A stretch of DNA of 36,303 nt, taken from Acidimicrobiia bacterium (GTDB lineage: Bacteria > Actinomycetota > Acidimicrobiia > Spongiisociales > UBA11373). A program made the position numbers and the translations under genes. The DNA lies in NCBI GenBank assembly GCA_035514255.1, contig DATKBG010000202.1, forward strand, positions 1 through 36,303. The letters are read 5' to 3'. Positions 34,131 through 36,303 of this stretch are shown here, piece by piece; positions within the stretch are counted from its first letter, which is position 1, and each line of letters opens with the position of its first letter. The notes beneath the pieces were generated by a model. The model made no database searches. It saw nothing but the letters and a program-made list of their open reading frames with translations, and was not told where the DNA came from.

Positions 34131-36303
34131 TCACCCTCCTCTGAGTCGCCCGTCCAGTGATGCCGCTACTGCCGAGGCGATGGACGCGCGCACCGGCGCC
34201 AGTTCGTCGTCGGTGAGCGTCCGCTCCAGGTCGCGAGCGGTGAGGCGCAGGCCGATGCTCTTTCGGCCTTCTGCGAGGGGCGGGCCGGAGAACACGTCGA
34301 ACACCACGACCCGCTCGATCAGAGGCCCGGCCGACGATCTCACCTCGTCGAGGAGTCGGGCAGCGGGTACGTCTTCGGGCAGATCGAAGGCGAGGTCGAA
34401 GACGACCGGTGGCATCGGGCTGGGAGGTACGAACGGTGACGCCTCGCCGAGCAGCGCCAGCAACTCGATCTCGCCGGCGACCACCCGGTCATCCAGATCC
34501 CATCGCAAAGCCACCGACGGGTGCACTTCGCCGAAGTAGCCGACGGTACGCCCGTCGACGCGGACTTCGGCGGCACGACCCGGGTGCATACCGGGCACGA
34601 CCGCGGCGACGATCTCGGCGCGCACTGCGGCCTCCGCCAACACGCGACCCACCAGGCCGGATGCGTCAGTGGCGTCACGACCACCCACTGCGGCGAACCC
34701 CACCATGTGGGGCTGGTCCGGGAGCTCAGCGTCGCCACGAAGGAACACACTGCCCACTTCGAACAGGGCAGCAACCCGTTGGCCACGGGTCTGGTTGGTA
34801 CGCAGCCCATCGAGGAGGCCAGGCAGCAGGGTGGTGCGCAGGTAGGCGTGTTCCTCGGACACGGGGTTGCGGACGCGGATCGGATGAGCCCGTCGATCAT
34901 CGTCGGCGAATCCGATGGCCCCGATCGCCGCGTTGTCGACGAAGTCGAGGGAGAGCACTTCGTAGTAACCGGCGCCGACCACTACCTGCCGCACCTGCCT
35001 GCGGAGACGCTCCGATGGCGGCAAGCCCGCTCCCGGCCCGCGCGGTAGCCGTGCCGGGATGTGATCGAAACCGTGGATCCGGGCCACCTCTTCGACCAGA
35101 TCGGCCGGCCGGGTTACATCGGGCCGGTAAGACGGGATGGTCACCGTGAACGGATCGGATCCTTCGACGCCGAAACCGAGCCCGGTGAGGATCCGCTCGA
35201 TCTCACCCGGAGGCACCGCGACCCCCAGCAGCCGTTCCACTTCGCTCGATGCCAGGGCGACCGGCGATGTCTCCGTGCGCTCAGCGGCGACGTCGATGAG
35301 GTCGCCAGCCACCTCGCCGCCGGCATGCTCCAGTATCAAAGCGGTGGCACGGGCCGAGGCGAGCGGTGGGAGCTCAGGATCGACCCCGCGTTCGAACCTG
35401 GCGAGCGCCTCGGTGCGGATGGCGTGATGCTTCCCGGTGAACAGGACCCGAGCGTGGTCGAAGTGAGCGGCTTCGAGGACCAGGGCGGTGGTGTCCTCGG
35501 TCACCTCGGAGTCCTCGCCACCCATGACCCCGGCGAGACCGACCGCCGCCGAAGCGTCGGCGATCACCAGGTCGTCGGCGCGCAGCGTCCGCTCCTCGCC
35601 GTCCAGGGTGCGCAGCACCTCCCCTTCGGCGGCACGGCGCACCACGATGCGAGTCTCCGCCAGGCGCTCGCGATCGAACGCATGGAGGGGTTGTCCCACC
35701 TCGAGCATGACGTAGTTGGTGATGTCGACGACGTTCGAGATCGGCCGTACCCCGAGGCTCCGCAGCCGAAGCCGCATCCACAGCGGGGCCGGTCCGACGC
35801 GAACGCCGGTGATCTCCCGGGCGGTGAAGCGTGGACAGCCATCGGCATCGTCGACGCGCACATCCACCGAAGCCTCGCCTTCCGATGGCACCTCGGGCAT
35901 CTCCGGTGTGATGACTGCCACACCGAAGTGGGCGGCGAGATCGCGAGCGACGCCGTAGGTGGACATGAGGTCGGGACGGTTGGAGGTGACGGCGACGTCG
36001 AACACGACATCCGGCAGGGGGACGATGCTCGCCAGGTCGGCTCCAATCGGCGCCTCGGTCTCGTCGATAACCAGGATGCCGTCGGCGTCGTCGCCGATAC
36101 CGAGTTCGCGTTCCGAGCAGATCATGCCGGGAGACGGCACGCCCCGGATCTCCTTCTCCCCCACCTCGAAGCCACCCGCCAGCGTCGCGCCCGGCGGTGA
36201 GTAGGGCACCGTCGCCCCCACGTCGAAGTTCCACGCCCCGCAGACGAGTGTGACCTCACCATCGCCGGCGTCGATGGTGACCACCCTGATGCGATCGGCG
36301 TCG
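34131..36303 (-). CDS. pheT: Phenylalanine-tRNA ligase beta subunit (N-terminus beyond the window)
   Basis: tRNA-binding, B3/B4, B5 and FDX-ACB-type regions are recognisable. The frame stays open to the window edge, and the stop lies 4 nt before the argF ATG. Confidence 0.92.
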   Translation of the reverse strand, partial: DADRIRVVTIDAGDGEVTLVCGAWNFDVGATVPYSPPGATLAGGFEVGEKEIRGVPSPGMICSERELGIGDDADGILVIDETEAPIGADLASIVPLPDVVFDVAVTSNRPDLMSTYGVARDLAAHFGVAVITPEMPEVPSEGEASVDVRVDDADGCPRFTAREITGVRVGPAPLWMRLRLRSLGVRPISNVVDITNYVMLEVGQPLHAFDRERLAETRIVVRRAAEGEVLRTLDGEERTLRADDLVIADASAAVGLAGVMGGEDSEVTEDTTALVLEAAHFDHARVLFTGKHHAIRTEALARFERGVDPELPPLASARATALILEHAGGEVAGDLIDVAAERTETSPVALASSEVERLLGVAVPPGEIERILTGLGFGVEGSDPFTVTIPSYRPDVTRPADLVEEVARIHGFDHIPARLPRGPGAGLPPSERLRRQVRQVVVGAGYYEVLSLDFVDNAAIGAIGFADDDRRAHPIRVRNPVSEEHAYLRTTLLPGLLDGLRTNQTRGQRVAALFEVGSVFLRGDAELPDQPHMVGFAAVGGRDATDASGLVGRVLAEAAVRAEIVAAVVPGMHPGRAAEVRVDGRTVGYFGEVHPSVALRWDLDDRVVAGEIELLALLGEASPFVPPSPMPPVVFDLAFDLPEDVPAARLLDEVRSSAGPLIERVVVFDVFSGPPLAEGRKSIGLRLTARDLERTLTDDELAPVRASIASAVAASLDGRLRGG

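Overview
This is a high-GC window (by eye well above 60%) from an actinobacterial-type chromosome. The 16S sequence looks Actinomycetota, possibly Acidimicrobiia-like, but that is inference only. Most of it is densely packed housekeeping DNA.

On the + strand a long, translationally coupled run resembles the Mycobacterium gcvH-garA-merR-nuclease-merR-gcv neighbourhood. It reads hypothetical, pgsA, gcvH, FHA/GarA-like, MerR, D-Ala-D-Ala carboxypeptidase, hpt and DUF151 nuclease. After it come a second MerR, an ORF with no canonical start codon, and gcvT-gcvPA-gcvPB.

The middle of the window holds:
- add and a GNAT acetyltransferase
- DoxX, DinB, msrB-tag and a Cys-free mini flavoprotein
- a class E sortase
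- a DUF2419/Qng1-like gene divergent from ribokinase
- VOC, DUF2277-YibE/F, an SSB-like gene, MBL and SnoaL-like genes

A complete 16S-23S-5S operon lies on the - strand. It is followed by tyrS, a lipoprotein, mpg, argF and a partial pheT.

The standout is a 743-nt group I intron that splits the 23S gene in helix 69, between E. coli positions U1923 and C1924 (the I-CeuI site). It carries an intact single-motif LAGLIDADG homing endonuclease ORF.

The second item is a family of AT-rich GTAYTTG heptamer arrays at four intergenic sites bracketing the merR2 and gcv units.

No CRISPR array, tRNA gene, transposase or prophage signal was seen.
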